A DNA stretch of 64,000 nt from Acidobacteriota bacterium. GTDB lineage: Bacteria > Acidobacteriota > CAIWXX01. Where the stretch lies: contig JBFMAF010000031.1 of the NCBI GenBank assembly GCA_040755995.1, forward strand, positions 20,375 to 84,374. Direction: 5' to 3'. Positions within the stretch are counted from its first letter, which is position 1. The number at the start of each line of letters is the position of its first letter. Positions 53,268 through 61,879 of this stretch are shown here, piece by piece. Below the pieces are notes generated by a model. The model worked only from the letters and a program-made list of their open reading frames with translations. It was not told where the DNA came from and did not search any database. Position numbers and translations under genes: made by a program.

Positions 53268-53942
53268 ATGACGATGAATCGCAGGGAACTCGACGAGGTT
53301 CTGGAGTACATCTGGATGTCGCGCGAGGGCGGCGACGCCGCTCAGGAAATCGCGGAGTGCGACAAGCTGTCGACATCGGATGAGGAGCTGGCCGAGCTGG
53401 AGGCGGCGGGACTGATCCGCCGGCGCGGCCAGCAGGTCGAGTTCACCGATCGCGGGGAGGCGGAGGCCTCCGACCTGGTCCGCCGGCACCGTCTGGCGGA
53501 GCGCCTCATCGTGGACATCCTCGGGCCCGGCGGTCACGAGGTACAAGATGCGGCCTGCGAGTTCGAGCACGTCATAGCGCCGCGTCTGACCGAGTCCATC
53601 TGCACGCTGCTGGGACACCCGCGGAAGTGCCCCCACGGCCTGCCGATTCCGGAAGGCGACTGCTGCCGCGAGGCGCGCCGGCAGGTAGAATCAGTCGTCG
53701 TACCACTCACCGCTCTCCAAGTGGGCGAGGCGGCGCCGCTGGCGTACATCAGCACGCGCGACTACCCGAGGCTCCAGAAGCTGATTTCATTCGGAATCTC
53801 GCCGGGTGTGCAGATCAGGGTGCACCAGCGATTCCCGACTTACGTGATCCAGGCCGAAGAGACGCAGATCGCGCTCGAGAGCCAGGTAGCTCGCGACATC
53901 TACCTGTGGCGGGGGAGGAGCGAGCCGAAGACGGCACTCTGA
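53268..53942 (+). CDS. DtxR/IdeR/MntR family metal-dependent repressor with a C-terminal FeoA/SH3-like domain
   Basis: RRHRLAERLIVDILG, CEFEHVI and CPHGLPIP metal-site motifs. The C-terminal PL..L..GE...+..I segment is FeoA-like. Confidence 0.85.
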   Translation: MTMNRRELDEVLEYIWMSREGGDAAQEIAECDKLSTSDEELAELEAAGLIRRRGQQVEFTDRGEAEASDLVRRHRLAERLIVDILGPGGHEVQDAACEFEHVIAPRLTESICTLLGHPRKCPHGLPIPEGDCCREARRQVESVVVPLTALQVGEAAPLAYISTRDYPRLQKLISFGISPGVQIRVHQRFPTYVIQAEETQIALESQVARDIYLWRGRSEPKTAL

Positions 53943-54084
53943 TGGCGCTCGCGCGCTGTCCCTGGGGCCTTGCATTTCGCGACGGCCTCGGTTCTGCGCG
54001 GGCGCAAGCAGGCGTGAGCGCTTGACGCGCGTCCCTTCCCTGGCCTAGTCTAGCACGGCGCTGGAGCGAGGCGCCGAGCTGGAG

Positions 54085-54537
54085 ATGCTGTCGAAGAAGG
54101 CGCGGTACGCGATGAAGGCGTTGCTCCATCTGGCCAGAATCTACCCTGGCGGGCCTGTGTTGATAGCCGACCTGGCGCAGAAGGAGAAGATCCCGAAGAA
54201 GTTTCTCGAGCTGATCCTGCTGGATCTGAAGCACAGGGGTCTTCTGCAGAGCAAGAAGGGCAAGGGCGGAGGATACTCGCTGGCGAGGTCTCCCGGAGAG
54301 ATCACGTTCGGACCGATCATCCGGATGTTCGAGGGCCCACTGGCGCTGGTGCCATGCGCGAGCGTCACTGCGTACCGCAAGTGCGACGACTGTGACGACG
54401 AGGCGAGCTGCGGGATCCGGCTGCTGATGAAGGACGTCCGGGATGCGACCGCGGCTATCCTTGACGGGACCTCGCTCGCCGACGTCCTTGATCGAATCGA
54501 GAAGATCCGGTCAGGCGCGACCGAGACATGGATGTAG
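54085..54537 (+). CDS. Rrf2 family transcriptional regulator (three-Cys cluster type)
   Basis: MLSKKARYAMKALLHLA...GLLQSKKGKGGGYSLARSP and C..(6)..C..C...C. Confidence 0.9.
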   Translation: MLSKKARYAMKALLHLARIYPGGPVLIADLAQKEKIPKKFLELILLDLKHRGLLQSKKGKGGGYSLARSPGEITFGPIIRMFEGPLALVPCASVTAYRKCDDCDDEASCGIRLLMKDVRDATAAILDGTSLADVLDRIEKIRSGATETWM

Positions 54538-54597
54538 TGATACTCATATTGCGCGGGCCGATTCATCGCAAAAGCATTTCATGACAAGGAGGCATTC

Positions 54598-56136
54598 ATG
54601 AGGCGTTTTCTGTTCTCCGGGATCATCTTCTTGACGCTCTTCTTGACGGCCGGAGTCGCTCGAGCATCCGAGCAGGAGGAGCCGGCGGCGCCGGCAGCCG
54701 GCTCGACGACCTCTTCGTCCGATGACGTCGAGGAACTCAAGGCAGAGATCGAAGCACTGAAGAAGAAGCTCCAGGAGATGCCGGACCTCGGCGAGGAAAT
54801 CAAGGAGCTCGAGAAGAAGCTCGAGAGCGTCCAGAAGGTGACCGCGAAGATCGACTCGGAGGAAGCCAAGCTCAAGGAGGAGAAGAAGGAGCGGGCGATC
54901 GCATACTATCGAGACGGATTCTTCATCGAGACGCCCGACAAGAAGTTCCGGCTGCAGATCACCGGAGTGCTGCATTTCGACACGCGTATCTTCAGCGGCG
55001 ACGAACAGGGCTCTCCCACCTCTTTCGACATCCGCCGGGGCCGTTACGATTTCCGTGGCAACCTGTACCGTGGCGACATCGAGCACCAGTTCCGGCTGCA
55101 GATCGAGATGGCGGACACCCCGTACCTGCGAAACGCGTACTGGATGTTCAAGTTCCGCCCGGAGCTCAATCTGCAGCTCGGGCAGTTCAAGACGCCCGCA
55201 GGCGGAGCCGACTGGCTGACAGAAGAGGCTCAGGTGAACTTCATCGAGTATTCGATCCTTCCTCCGGTGACACCGTTCTTCGACCGTGGATTCAATCTTC
55301 ACAGCTTCTTCGCCGGCGGAAAGATCCAGACGTGCCTTGCCATCGTCACGGGCGTCGGCACCGACTTCGATGCGCCGCAGGGCGACTACGACAACCACAA
55401 GGACTATGCCGCCCGAGTCCTTCTGGTTCCTTTCAAGGGCAAGAAGGACCACCCGTTGGAGGGGTTGCACGCGGCAGGCAGTTTTCAGCAGGGATTGGCT
55501 AGCGTGGCGGCCAAGCAGGGTGGGGAGACCGGTATGAGAACCGAGAACTACGAGTCGAAGTGGTACGAGTGGAAGTCCACTGCCCTCGACATAGAGAAAC
55601 GCACGCGGTACGGCTGGGACCTTCACTACATTCGCGGCCCATTCATTGTGAGCTATGAGTGGGACCGGATAGAGTGGAAGAACGTGACATCGTACACGAG
55701 CGGAATCGGAAACCTGCGCGGCGCTGCTCACTCCGACGCAGGTCAGATCTGGGTCAGCTATTTCCCGACGGGCGAGCAGAAGACCTTCGAGGACGTCTTC
55801 TTCGCCTGGCGGCAGCCCAAGCCAAAGAAGAACCTCAGCATCAAGGAAAAGACCTGGGGCGGATGGGAGCTAATGGGGAAATACGCCTGGAAGAACACCT
55901 CGAAGGAGCTGTTCGATCTGGGGATTCTCGACGGCAGCAGAAAAGGGTACACCGTCACGGGCGGCGTTCGCTGGCTGTGGGATCCCAAGGTGAGAATCAT
56001 GGCCGACATCAACTATTGTAAGAGCACGGAGGGAAAGGGCATCATCGTGCAATACGCGGACAAAGGGTCAGCTTCGCAGAAGCGCTACGTGGAGCACGAG
56101 ACTGCCCTGTTGGTGCGTTTCATTCTCACCATTTAG
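54598..56136 (+). CDS. Phosphate-selective porin O/P family outer-membrane protein with an N-terminal coiled coil
   Basis: Signal peptide, then a Glu/Lys-rich coiled coil, then YYRDGFFIETPDKKFRLQITGVLHFD, typical of the Porin_O_P family. Confidence 0.65.
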   Translation: MRRFLFSGIIFLTLFLTAGVARASEQEEPAAPAAGSTTSSSDDVEELKAEIEALKKKLQEMPDLGEEIKELEKKLESVQKVTAKIDSEEAKLKEEKKERAIAYYRDGFFIETPDKKFRLQITGVLHFDTRIFSGDEQGSPTSFDIRRGRYDFRGNLYRGDIEHQFRLQIEMADTPYLRNAYWMFKFRPELNLQLGQFKTPAGGADWLTEEAQVNFIEYSILPPVTPFFDRGFNLHSFFAGGKIQTCLAIVTGVGTDFDAPQGDYDNHKDYAARVLLVPFKGKKDHPLEGLHAAGSFQQGLASVAAKQGGETGMRTENYESKWYEWKSTALDIEKRTRYGWDLHYIRGPFIVSYEWDRIEWKNVTSYTSGIGNLRGAAHSDAGQIWVSYFPTGEQKTFEDVFFAWRQPKPKKNLSIKEKTWGGWELMGKYAWKNTSKELFDLGILDGSRKGYTVTGGVRWLWDPKVRIMADINYCKSTEGKGIIVQYADKGSASQKRYVEHETALLVRFILTI

Positions 56137-56284
56137 CGAGGCGCAGCCCGGAAAGCGACTGCGGGCACGACGGTTCACGACTCCGCGGATCGATATCATC
56201 GTGCCCGCGTTGCACGTCTGCCTGTGATCGGCGCCAATGCCCAGACCAAGACGTGGTACGATAGTCCCGCAAGGAGGCGTGCCA

Positions 56285-56881
56285 ATGTACAGTCGTCACA
56301 GTGAACTCGTGGGAATCGTGGTGGTTACCGCTATGTTCGCGCTGGTTGTTCCTGCCGTGGCCCAGGAGGCGAATGCACCGGAGGGTCCGACGCGGAAGGC
56401 GCCGCTGCGGTTCACGGCTATTGCCGTGAGCATGCCGCAAGGTGTGGAGGGGCAGGTGCAGATTGTCGTCGAACGGTGGACAACCGATGACGAACGGCAG
56501 GCGCTCGTTACGGCGCTTGCGCAAGGGGGCCAGGACAAGCTGCTCAGCTCGCTTCAGAGCATCAAGGAACGAACCGGGTTCATCAGGACGCCGAACAGCA
56601 TCGGTTATGACCTGCGCTACTGCCGGGAGAACATGCTCGCGGACGGGACGCGCCAGATCGTCATCGCGACGGACAAGCCAGTGAGCTTCCTGGCGGCGGC
56701 CAGCCAGGCGAGAACGATGGACTACCCATTCACCATCGTCGAGCTGCGATTCGACAAGGACGACAAGGGTGAAGGCAAGATGCTCGTGGGCACCAGGATC
56801 GCAGTGGCGAACGGGAGGCTCGAGCTCGAGAACTACGGGCAGCAACCGGTGCGGCTCTCGAATGTCAGGGAGTCCAAGTAG
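56285..56881 (+). CDS. Hypothetical secreted protein (start taken at MYSRHSELVG)
   Basis: Signal peptide ...VVPAVAQEANA. No motif recognised. Confidence 0.55.
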   Translation: MYSRHSELVGIVVVTAMFALVVPAVAQEANAPEGPTRKAPLRFTAIAVSMPQGVEGQVQIVVERWTTDDERQALVTALAQGGQDKLLSSLQSIKERTGFIRTPNSIGYDLRYCRENMLADGTRQIVIATDKPVSFLAAASQARTMDYPFTIVELRFDKDDKGEGKMLVGTRIAVANGRLELENYGQQPVRLSNVRESK

Positions 56882-56985
56882 AGGTTTGGGGTCGGGCCGA
56901 GGGGCACGCGCCATTTTTCGTCCCAACTTTCCCTCTCCGACTGCGAACCGGTAGGATGGTACGCGGGCCGCGGGCGGGGTGACCC

Positions 56986-57930
56986 ATGGAAACGTCTCAA
57001 CCGGACGCCACGTCATCCGATCAGTGCGGATCGTCTCCGGCCACACAAGTGGAAAAGGACAGTAGGGCCACCGGGGTCGCCCTGGTGCTCTCCGCGGGTT
57101 TCTTCGGATTCTTTGCGCATGCGGGCTTTCTGATCGCTCTCGATGAGCTGCGCATCGGCTACCGGGCGATCGCCGGATCTAGCGCCGGTGCGCTGGTCGC
57201 TGCGTTCGCGGCTGCCGGAATGCAACCGCGCGACATCGCCCGGCTGCTGGTGAGCCTGAAGAAGGAGGACTTCTGGGATCCGCCCGGCATCTTCGGCATC
57301 GCGCGAGCTGTGCTCAGGCGCGGACGCGGTTGGAGCGGGTACCTGGCAGGCGATAGGTTCGAGGAACTTGTCGAGCGCCACCTGCCGGTGAAGACATTCG
57401 AGCAGTGCGCCAGGAAACTCTACATCACGGCACTCAACCTGACCGAAGGCGGAGACGAGACGTTTTTCGAAGGCCCGATTGCTGAGAAGGTGCGGGCATC
57501 CTGCAGCTATCCGTTCCTGTTCTCGACCAAGCGAATCGGTCGCAGCCAGTACTGGGACGGCGGGGTGACGGCGAAGGTGCCGATGGAGGTGATGGTGGAA
57601 CGGGAGAGGCCGCAGCTCACGATCGTACACTATCTCGAGTCCGCGTCTTCCGAGGAGCCGGGCGAAATCATGGATCGGCCGCTGGCGCCCCTGAAACTGG
57701 TGGACCGTGCGATGAGCATAGCTCGCCGGGAGATCGAGCAGAGCCGCAGGAATGCACATGACAGGCTGTGCCAAGGCTCCATCCGCTACATCACCCCCGA
57801 GCTGCCGCGATCGGGCCCGGACCGGCTTCACCTCGGAGCCGAGATAATCGAGAGGTCGCGCGAGCAGGCCGTGCGCGCGCTGAGCGATTGCGGCAGGCCG
57901 GGTGCCGCTTGCCCGGCCTCACCAGGCTAG
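56986..57930 (+). CDS. Patatin-like phospholipase
   Basis: LSAGFFGFFAHAG oxyanion region, the GSSAG nucleophile elbow and a DGG catalytic Asp motif. Confidence 0.85.
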   Translation: METSQPDATSSDQCGSSPATQVEKDSRATGVALVLSAGFFGFFAHAGFLIALDELRIGYRAIAGSSAGALVAAFAAAGMQPRDIARLLVSLKKEDFWDPPGIFGIARAVLRRGRGWSGYLAGDRFEELVERHLPVKTFEQCARKLYITALNLTEGGDETFFEGPIAEKVRASCSYPFLFSTKRIGRSQYWDGGVTAKVPMEVMVERERPQLTIVHYLESASSEEPGEIMDRPLAPLKLVDRAMSIARREIEQSRRNAHDRLCQGSIRYITPELPRSGPDRLHLGAEIIERSREQAVRALSDCGRPGAACPASPG

Positions 57931-59510
57931 GGTCGCAGGAGGACCTCCGTGGGGCGGTGCCTCTCGCTCAGCTCCTCGAAAACCTCCTGGATCTCGTCGA
58001 GGCCGAGGTGGATGGTCATGGTGATGTAGTCGTGAAGGCGATTCTCGAGCCCCTCGGACTGGGGATCGGCCCTGAGAACTCTGATCGAGACTTCACCCAC
58101 GGCCGTGACGGCATCGCAGACCTCTTGTTCACTGAATCCCTGTTCGAAGCGCCGCCCAGCCAGATCGCGACAATATGCCATGAACAGGGCCTTCTCGCGC
58201 GTGCGCACAGCGTTCTTGAGATGGCGGAGGATGAGGCGATGGTTCCAGTCAAGGTCCTCCGGGTTGATCCGCTGGTAGGTGCCGAAGCGGCCCTTGGCCT
58301 CGGGTCCCAGGAACGTCTGGGTGAGCATGTCCCGTATCTGCTCCTCATGGATTTCCAGCAGCCGATGGATCCGCAGATTGGCATGCATACGATAACCCTT
58401 CATCGCGGCGCGGTTCCTGCTCCCCCACTCGATAGGATTTGTCTTGAGATTCTCCATGAGGAACGGTATCCGGCGAAGGATCTGGAGGCGGGCCTTGGGG
58501 CTCCAGTCGAGCATCTCACGGGTGACCTTTGCTTTCACCGTCATCTCGAGATCGATGTACTGGCCCATCCAGGGGCGCTCGAACGGGCGGCTGCCGAGAA
58601 CCCGGCCCATCCAGTCCATTGCATACAGGCCGATCCGGCAGATGAGCTTGGGCATGAACGTGGGCCTGACCCTTCTCCCAAGATAGGCCGTCGTGGCCGA
58701 TTCGAAGAGATCGAGGTGCGACACCGCGCCATCGGTGCTCGCGACGAGCGTAACATCCGGCGGCAGATATTCGTGCCGTTCCAGGAGCTTGGTCATGAAA
58801 ACGACGGCATCGCGCACGTGGAGGTATGGGATCGCGGAACGTCCTTTGCCGGCGAGCACGCGCCGATTCCAGACCCTTGAAAGCCAGGTCTCGAGGAAGA
58901 CATAGAGCGGCGGATACTCGCACCAGTCCGAGAACATCGCGCCGAACCTTACGATGCAGTACGGCATCTTGTCGCGGTAGGTCGCGACCATCTCCTCGCC
59001 GATCCGCTTTGTCACAGCATAGATGTGCTCGCCGTCCGGCGGGCTGAACTCGTCGAGCGCCGTGCCCGGCGCAGGGAAATAGCAGGCCGCCACCGAACTG
59101 GCGAAGATGAACCGTTTGAGGTGCATGTCCTTGGCGAGCTCGAGCACGTTGCGGAGCCCGTCGACGTTCGTGCGGTAGTATTCGGGATGCGGGTCGCCCG
59201 TGAAGTCGTAGAACGCCGCCAGATGAATCAGCACCTCGATCGGACCGTCTTCCAGCGTCTTCTTGAAGACGGTGGCCAGGCTCTCCGCGTCACCGATATC
59301 GACCTGAGACCAGGAGATGTTGTGATGCACGGGCGCACCGCTCTCACGCTGCGAGCGCCGAGCCATCCCGACGATGCGGTACTTCTCCTTGAGCGCATCC
59401 AGCAGGTGCCTGCCCAGGAACCCGGAGGCGCCGGTGATCATGATTCGAGGCAGGCGGCGATCAGGCTCTCTCCTCGGAATGCTCAGGTCAGATGAGGACG
59501 GTGTCGTCAT
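57927..59510 (-). CDS. NAD-dependent epimerase/dehydratase (extended SDR) fused to a roughly 200-aa helical C-terminal domain
   Basis: ITGASGFLGRHL Rossmann motif and YAVTK catalytic Tyr-x3-Lys. aa 330-527 have no recognised motif. Confidence 0.8.
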   Translation of the reverse strand: MTTPSSSDLSIPRREPDRRLPRIMITGASGFLGRHLLDALKEKYRIVGMARRSQRESGAPVHHNISWSQVDIGDAESLATVFKKTLEDGPIEVLIHLAAFYDFTGDPHPEYYRTNVDGLRNVLELAKDMHLKRFIFASSVAACYFPAPGTALDEFSPPDGEHIYAVTKRIGEEMVATYRDKMPYCIVRFGAMFSDWCEYPPLYVFLETWLSRVWNRRVLAGKGRSAIPYLHVRDAVVFMTKLLERHEYLPPDVTLVASTDGAVSHLDLFESATTAYLGRRVRPTFMPKLICRIGLYAMDWMGRVLGSRPFERPWMGQYIDLEMTVKAKVTREMLDWSPKARLQILRRIPFLMENLKTNPIEWGSRNRAAMKGYRMHANLRIHRLLEIHEEQIRDMLTQTFLGPEAKGRFGTYQRINPEDLDWNHRLILRHLKNAVRTREKALFMAYCRDLAGRRFEQGFSEQEVCDAVTAVGEVSIRVLRADPQSEGLENRLHDYITMTIHLGLDEIQEVFEELSERHRPTEVLLRP

Positions 59511-59639
59511 GTGTGATCCCGACCGCGGTGCGCAATCAGCAGCATGATGTCGTACATCCGTCAGTAGTCATGGCCGGCTTGTCTACAAGGCGGAAGGGTA
59601 CCAGAAAACGCATCGCAAGAGAAGCGCGCGCCTCGCCGG

Positions 59640-60833
59640 CTAATCGATCCCCCGAGGGAGCGAATCCACCTTGCAGCAGCGGCGGCAGATCGGGAGCATG
59701 TTCCCCTTGAGGAGGCTTCGCCGGAACTCCCGGAAGTCCTCGGCGTTCCAGATCTCTTCGAACGTCTTCTCGAGCAGGTTTCCCCAGCTCTTCCTCAGGA
59801 CGCCGCAGAACAGGATGTTTCCAAGGTGGTCGATGCGGGCCGTGGGCTCCAGCAGCTTCGGGCAGACGAGTTGCAGCGTGCGATGCCCGGTGCCGTGGTA
59901 ATAATCCTCCAGGTGATGCTCCCACGTGTACGGCGTGAAGTTTACGAAAACGCCTCTGGACTCGGCGAATAGCCGAACATCGCGGAGCCGTTTCCTGAGA
60001 TCCTGCAGTGCGTATGGGAACCCGTCGCGCTCGTGCGTCGAGATCTCGAACTCGCCTTCCCTCCAGCCCAGGTGCCGGGTGAGTATGTTTCGCGTCTGCG
60101 CGATCTCTTCACGCGTGTAGACTTCTTCAAACGTCAGGTTGAGCGTGGGCAGGCCCAGGTCCCTCACGATCGAGACGGTCTCTTCCAATTGGTCAAGGTT
60201 GTCCCCGAGGATCACGGTGTTGATCGATATGTTGAAATGCGGCCTGGTCAGCTCGATGGCGCGGCAGACCTTGTCGAACGCGCCCGGCACTCCGCGTATG
60301 CGGTCGTGGACGTCGCGCGGGCCGTCTATCGAGTAGATGATCCGCTCGGTCGACGGCCGGAAAGCCAGCAGGACCGGCAGGTTCCCTTCGTTGATCAGCG
60401 TACCGTTGGTCAGAATCGTGTAGGCGACGCCGCGGTCCTGCAGATGCTGCAGGAGCTCGAAGATGTCCTTGCGGACAAACACTTCGCTCCCGACCAGCCC
60501 GATCGACCGCAGGTTCAGACGGTCGTAGAGCAGCTTCACCTCCGCCGTGCGAAGTTCGCGGCCGTAGCTCATGAGAGGCAGGGCATTGACCTCATCGCGG
60601 AAGTTCTGCTGGTAGCACATCTTGCACTTGAGATTGCAGCGGATCGTGGGTTCGTGCGCGACCGAGTACTTGCCGCCGTCGAAACAATGCGGCCCGAAGA
60701 GATCCCTCGCCAACGCCGCCTGTAGCTGCTCGTGTCGCCTGCGCACCTGTCTGCCGCGGTAGGCAGCGTGCACCAGATGATTGACTCCCGGTGTCCTGGC
60801 AAGCAGCTTGCGGACTCCCTGTTTCACCTGCAT
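59640..60833 (-). CDS. Radical SAM / SPASM domain protein
   Basis: CNLKCKMCY (CxxxCxxC) and a C-terminal Cys-rich end (CPKLLEP...FCG...PICRRCCK). Confidence 0.85.
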   Translation of the reverse strand: MQVKQGVRKLLARTPGVNHLVHAAYRGRQVRRRHEQLQAALARDLFGPHCFDGGKYSVAHEPTIRCNLKCKMCYQQNFRDEVNALPLMSYGRELRTAEVKLLYDRLNLRSIGLVGSEVFVRKDIFELLQHLQDRGVAYTILTNGTLINEGNLPVLLAFRPSTERIIYSIDGPRDVHDRIRGVPGAFDKVCRAIELTRPHFNISINTVILGDNLDQLEETVSIVRDLGLPTLNLTFEEVYTREEIAQTRNILTRHLGWREGEFEISTHERDGFPYALQDLRKRLRDVRLFAESRGVFVNFTPYTWEHHLEDYYHGTGHRTLQLVCPKLLEPTARIDHLGNILFCGVLRKSWGNLLEKTFEEIWNAEDFREFRRSLLKGNMLPICRRCCKVDSLPRGID

Positions 60834-60952
60834 ACACGCTGATCATAGGAGGGCGATGGCCCCAAATCAACCAGGGGCAGGAGGCCGAGGCATTTCTCGC
60901 ACTCCGCGTGGTGGCACGGACCTGCCTTCTCACCGCCACTCTGTCTCTTCCC

Positions 60953-60986
60953 CTCGCCCGTTTCCCCGATTCTCCCGATCTGCGCG
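60953..60986. repeat. Degenerate 8-9 nt pyrimidine-rich tandem units (CTCGCCCG TTTCCCCG ATTCTCCCG ATCTGCGCG)
   Basis: The reverse complements are CGGGGAAA and CGGGAGAAT, related to the units at 20671. It lies between the radical SAM start and the tRNA promoters. Confidence 0.45.
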
Positions 60987-60994
60987 TCCCAGTT

Positions 60995-61022
60995 TTGACA
61001 TCTGCCGGATCGGATGTATATT
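60995..61022 (+). promoter_or_regulatory. tRNA-Lys promoter P1
   Basis: TTGACA (60995-61000), 16-nt spacer, TATATT (61017-22). Confidence 0.5.
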
Positions 61023-61030
61023 TCATCCGG

Positions 61031-61059
61031 TTGACAGAGAGGGAGCGGGACTTTAGAAT
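61031..61059 (+). promoter_or_regulatory. tRNA-Lys promoter P2
   Basis: TTGACA (61031-36), 17-nt spacer, TAGAAT (61054-59). The tRNA 5' end lies 15 nt downstream. Confidence 0.55.
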
Positions 61060-61073
61060 CTTGCGCTTTCGGT

Positions 61074-61146
61074 GGGCCGTTAGCTCAGCCGGCAGAGCAC
61101 CTGCCTTTTAAGCAGGGGGTCGCGGGTCCGAATCCCGCACGGCTCA
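61074..61146 (+). tRNA. tRNA-Lys (anticodon UUU)
   Basis: Hand-folded cloverleaf: acceptor GGGCCGT/ACGGCTC (one G-U), D arm GCTC..GAGC, anticodon arm CCTGC-CTTTTAA-GCAGG, T arm GCGGG-TCCGAAT-CCCGC, discriminator A. Confidence 0.93.
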
Positions 61147-61215
61147 ATTCCAACGGAAACGATGCAGCCGTTGGCCGACATGGTTCGGCCGGAAGAGATG
61201 GAGCGTTAGGAATGC

Positions 61216-61294
61216 GACGCAGTGACGCGGTGACAAGGAGACGCGGTGAGTGTTCGCGGCCGGTCTCCGCCTCCCCGCGTCTCCGCTTCTCCGC
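61216..61294. repeat. Octamer arrays in inverted orientation between the two tRNA genes
   Basis: GACGCAGT GACGCGGT GACAAGGA GACGCGGT (61216-47) and GTCTCCGC CTCCCCGC GTCTCCGC TTCTCCGC (61263-94). GGAGACGCGG (61238-47) pairs with CCGCGTCTCC (61275-84). Confidence 0.65.
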
Positions 61295-61370
61295 GTCGTC
61301 TGCTGTCGTGACATGGCCGGCTGAGAGCCCGATCCTTTCTGGAACAGCATCGTGGACTGAGCGAGCCCGC

Positions 61371-61446
61371 GTCCCCATCGTCTAGAGGCCTAGGACACCG
61401 CCCTTTCAAGGCGGTAACGGGAGTTCGAATCTCCTTGGGGACGCCA
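61371..61446 (+). tRNA. tRNA-Glu (anticodon UUC), CCA encoded
   Basis: Acceptor GTCCCCA/TGGGGAC, anticodon arm CCGCC-CTTTCAA-GGCGG, T arm GGGAG-TTCGAAT-CTCCT, discriminator G, then CCA. Confidence 0.93.
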
Positions 61447-61450
61447 ACTA

Positions 61451-61879
61451 TCAACCTCGCAGCGGCTTGACCTGGCCATTCCGATAGACCCGCGCGATGA
61501 ATGGCGGTCGCCGGCCGCGAATCAGCAGGATCATGCCGGGAAGCGCCCGCTTGATCACTTCCGCCATCTGCGGGCCGGTTAGATTTGCTGACACCAGGAT
61601 GAAGGCCCTGACCATTGCTCGTTCGAGAGCTCGTCTTTCCAGCTCACGGTACTGAATCCGTGTGTCCTTGGAGAGGACCACCCATCCGCTCCTCCCCGCT
61701 TCCGCCAGCCACTCCTCATCGAGCGCGCCGGCGGCAAACCTCTGCTCGTGGGTCACCACCTCGTGTCCCTGAGATCTGAGTGCCTCGGCGACGAAATGGC
61801 TTCCTAAGGAGCGATCGATGAAGAAGACGACCCGCTCAGGCTGCCCGGAGCTCGCAACGGATCGCTTCCTCGATTTCAT
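61451..61879 (-). CDS. PIN-like / DUF5615-type putative toxin nuclease (start taken at MKSRKRS)
   Basis: VVFFIDRSLG...VAEALRSQGHEVV...DEEWLAEAGRSGWVVLSKDTRI is the pattern of Mut7-C/DUF5615 PIN-like proteins that pair with DUF433 proteins. Confidence 0.55.
   Translation of the reverse strand: MKSRKRSVASSGQPERVVFFIDRSLGSHFVAEALRSQGHEVVTHEQRFAAGALDEEWLAEAGRSGWVVLSKDTRIQYRELERRALERAMVRAFILVSANLTGPQMAEVIKRALPGMILLIRGRRPPFIARVYRNGQVKPLRG

Noticed and set aside
54561-54600. Three ATTCAT/CATTTCATG/CATTCATG motifs upstream of the porin as an Rrf2 or Fur operator
   Set aside because: The motifs are short and degenerate, and the third copy contains the porin start codon. The evidence is insufficient.
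57927-57930. Patatin and SDR genes converge and share the palindrome CTAG as overlapping stop codons
   Set aside because: It is real in the sequence but is a trivial consequence of TAG/CTA complementarity. No functional implication can be argued.
4917-61294. Could the short tandem arrays be CRISPR arrays?
   Set aside because: The units are only 7-8 nt (24 nt in one case), directly abutting with no spacers, and occur in only 2-5 copies. No cas genes are present in the window.
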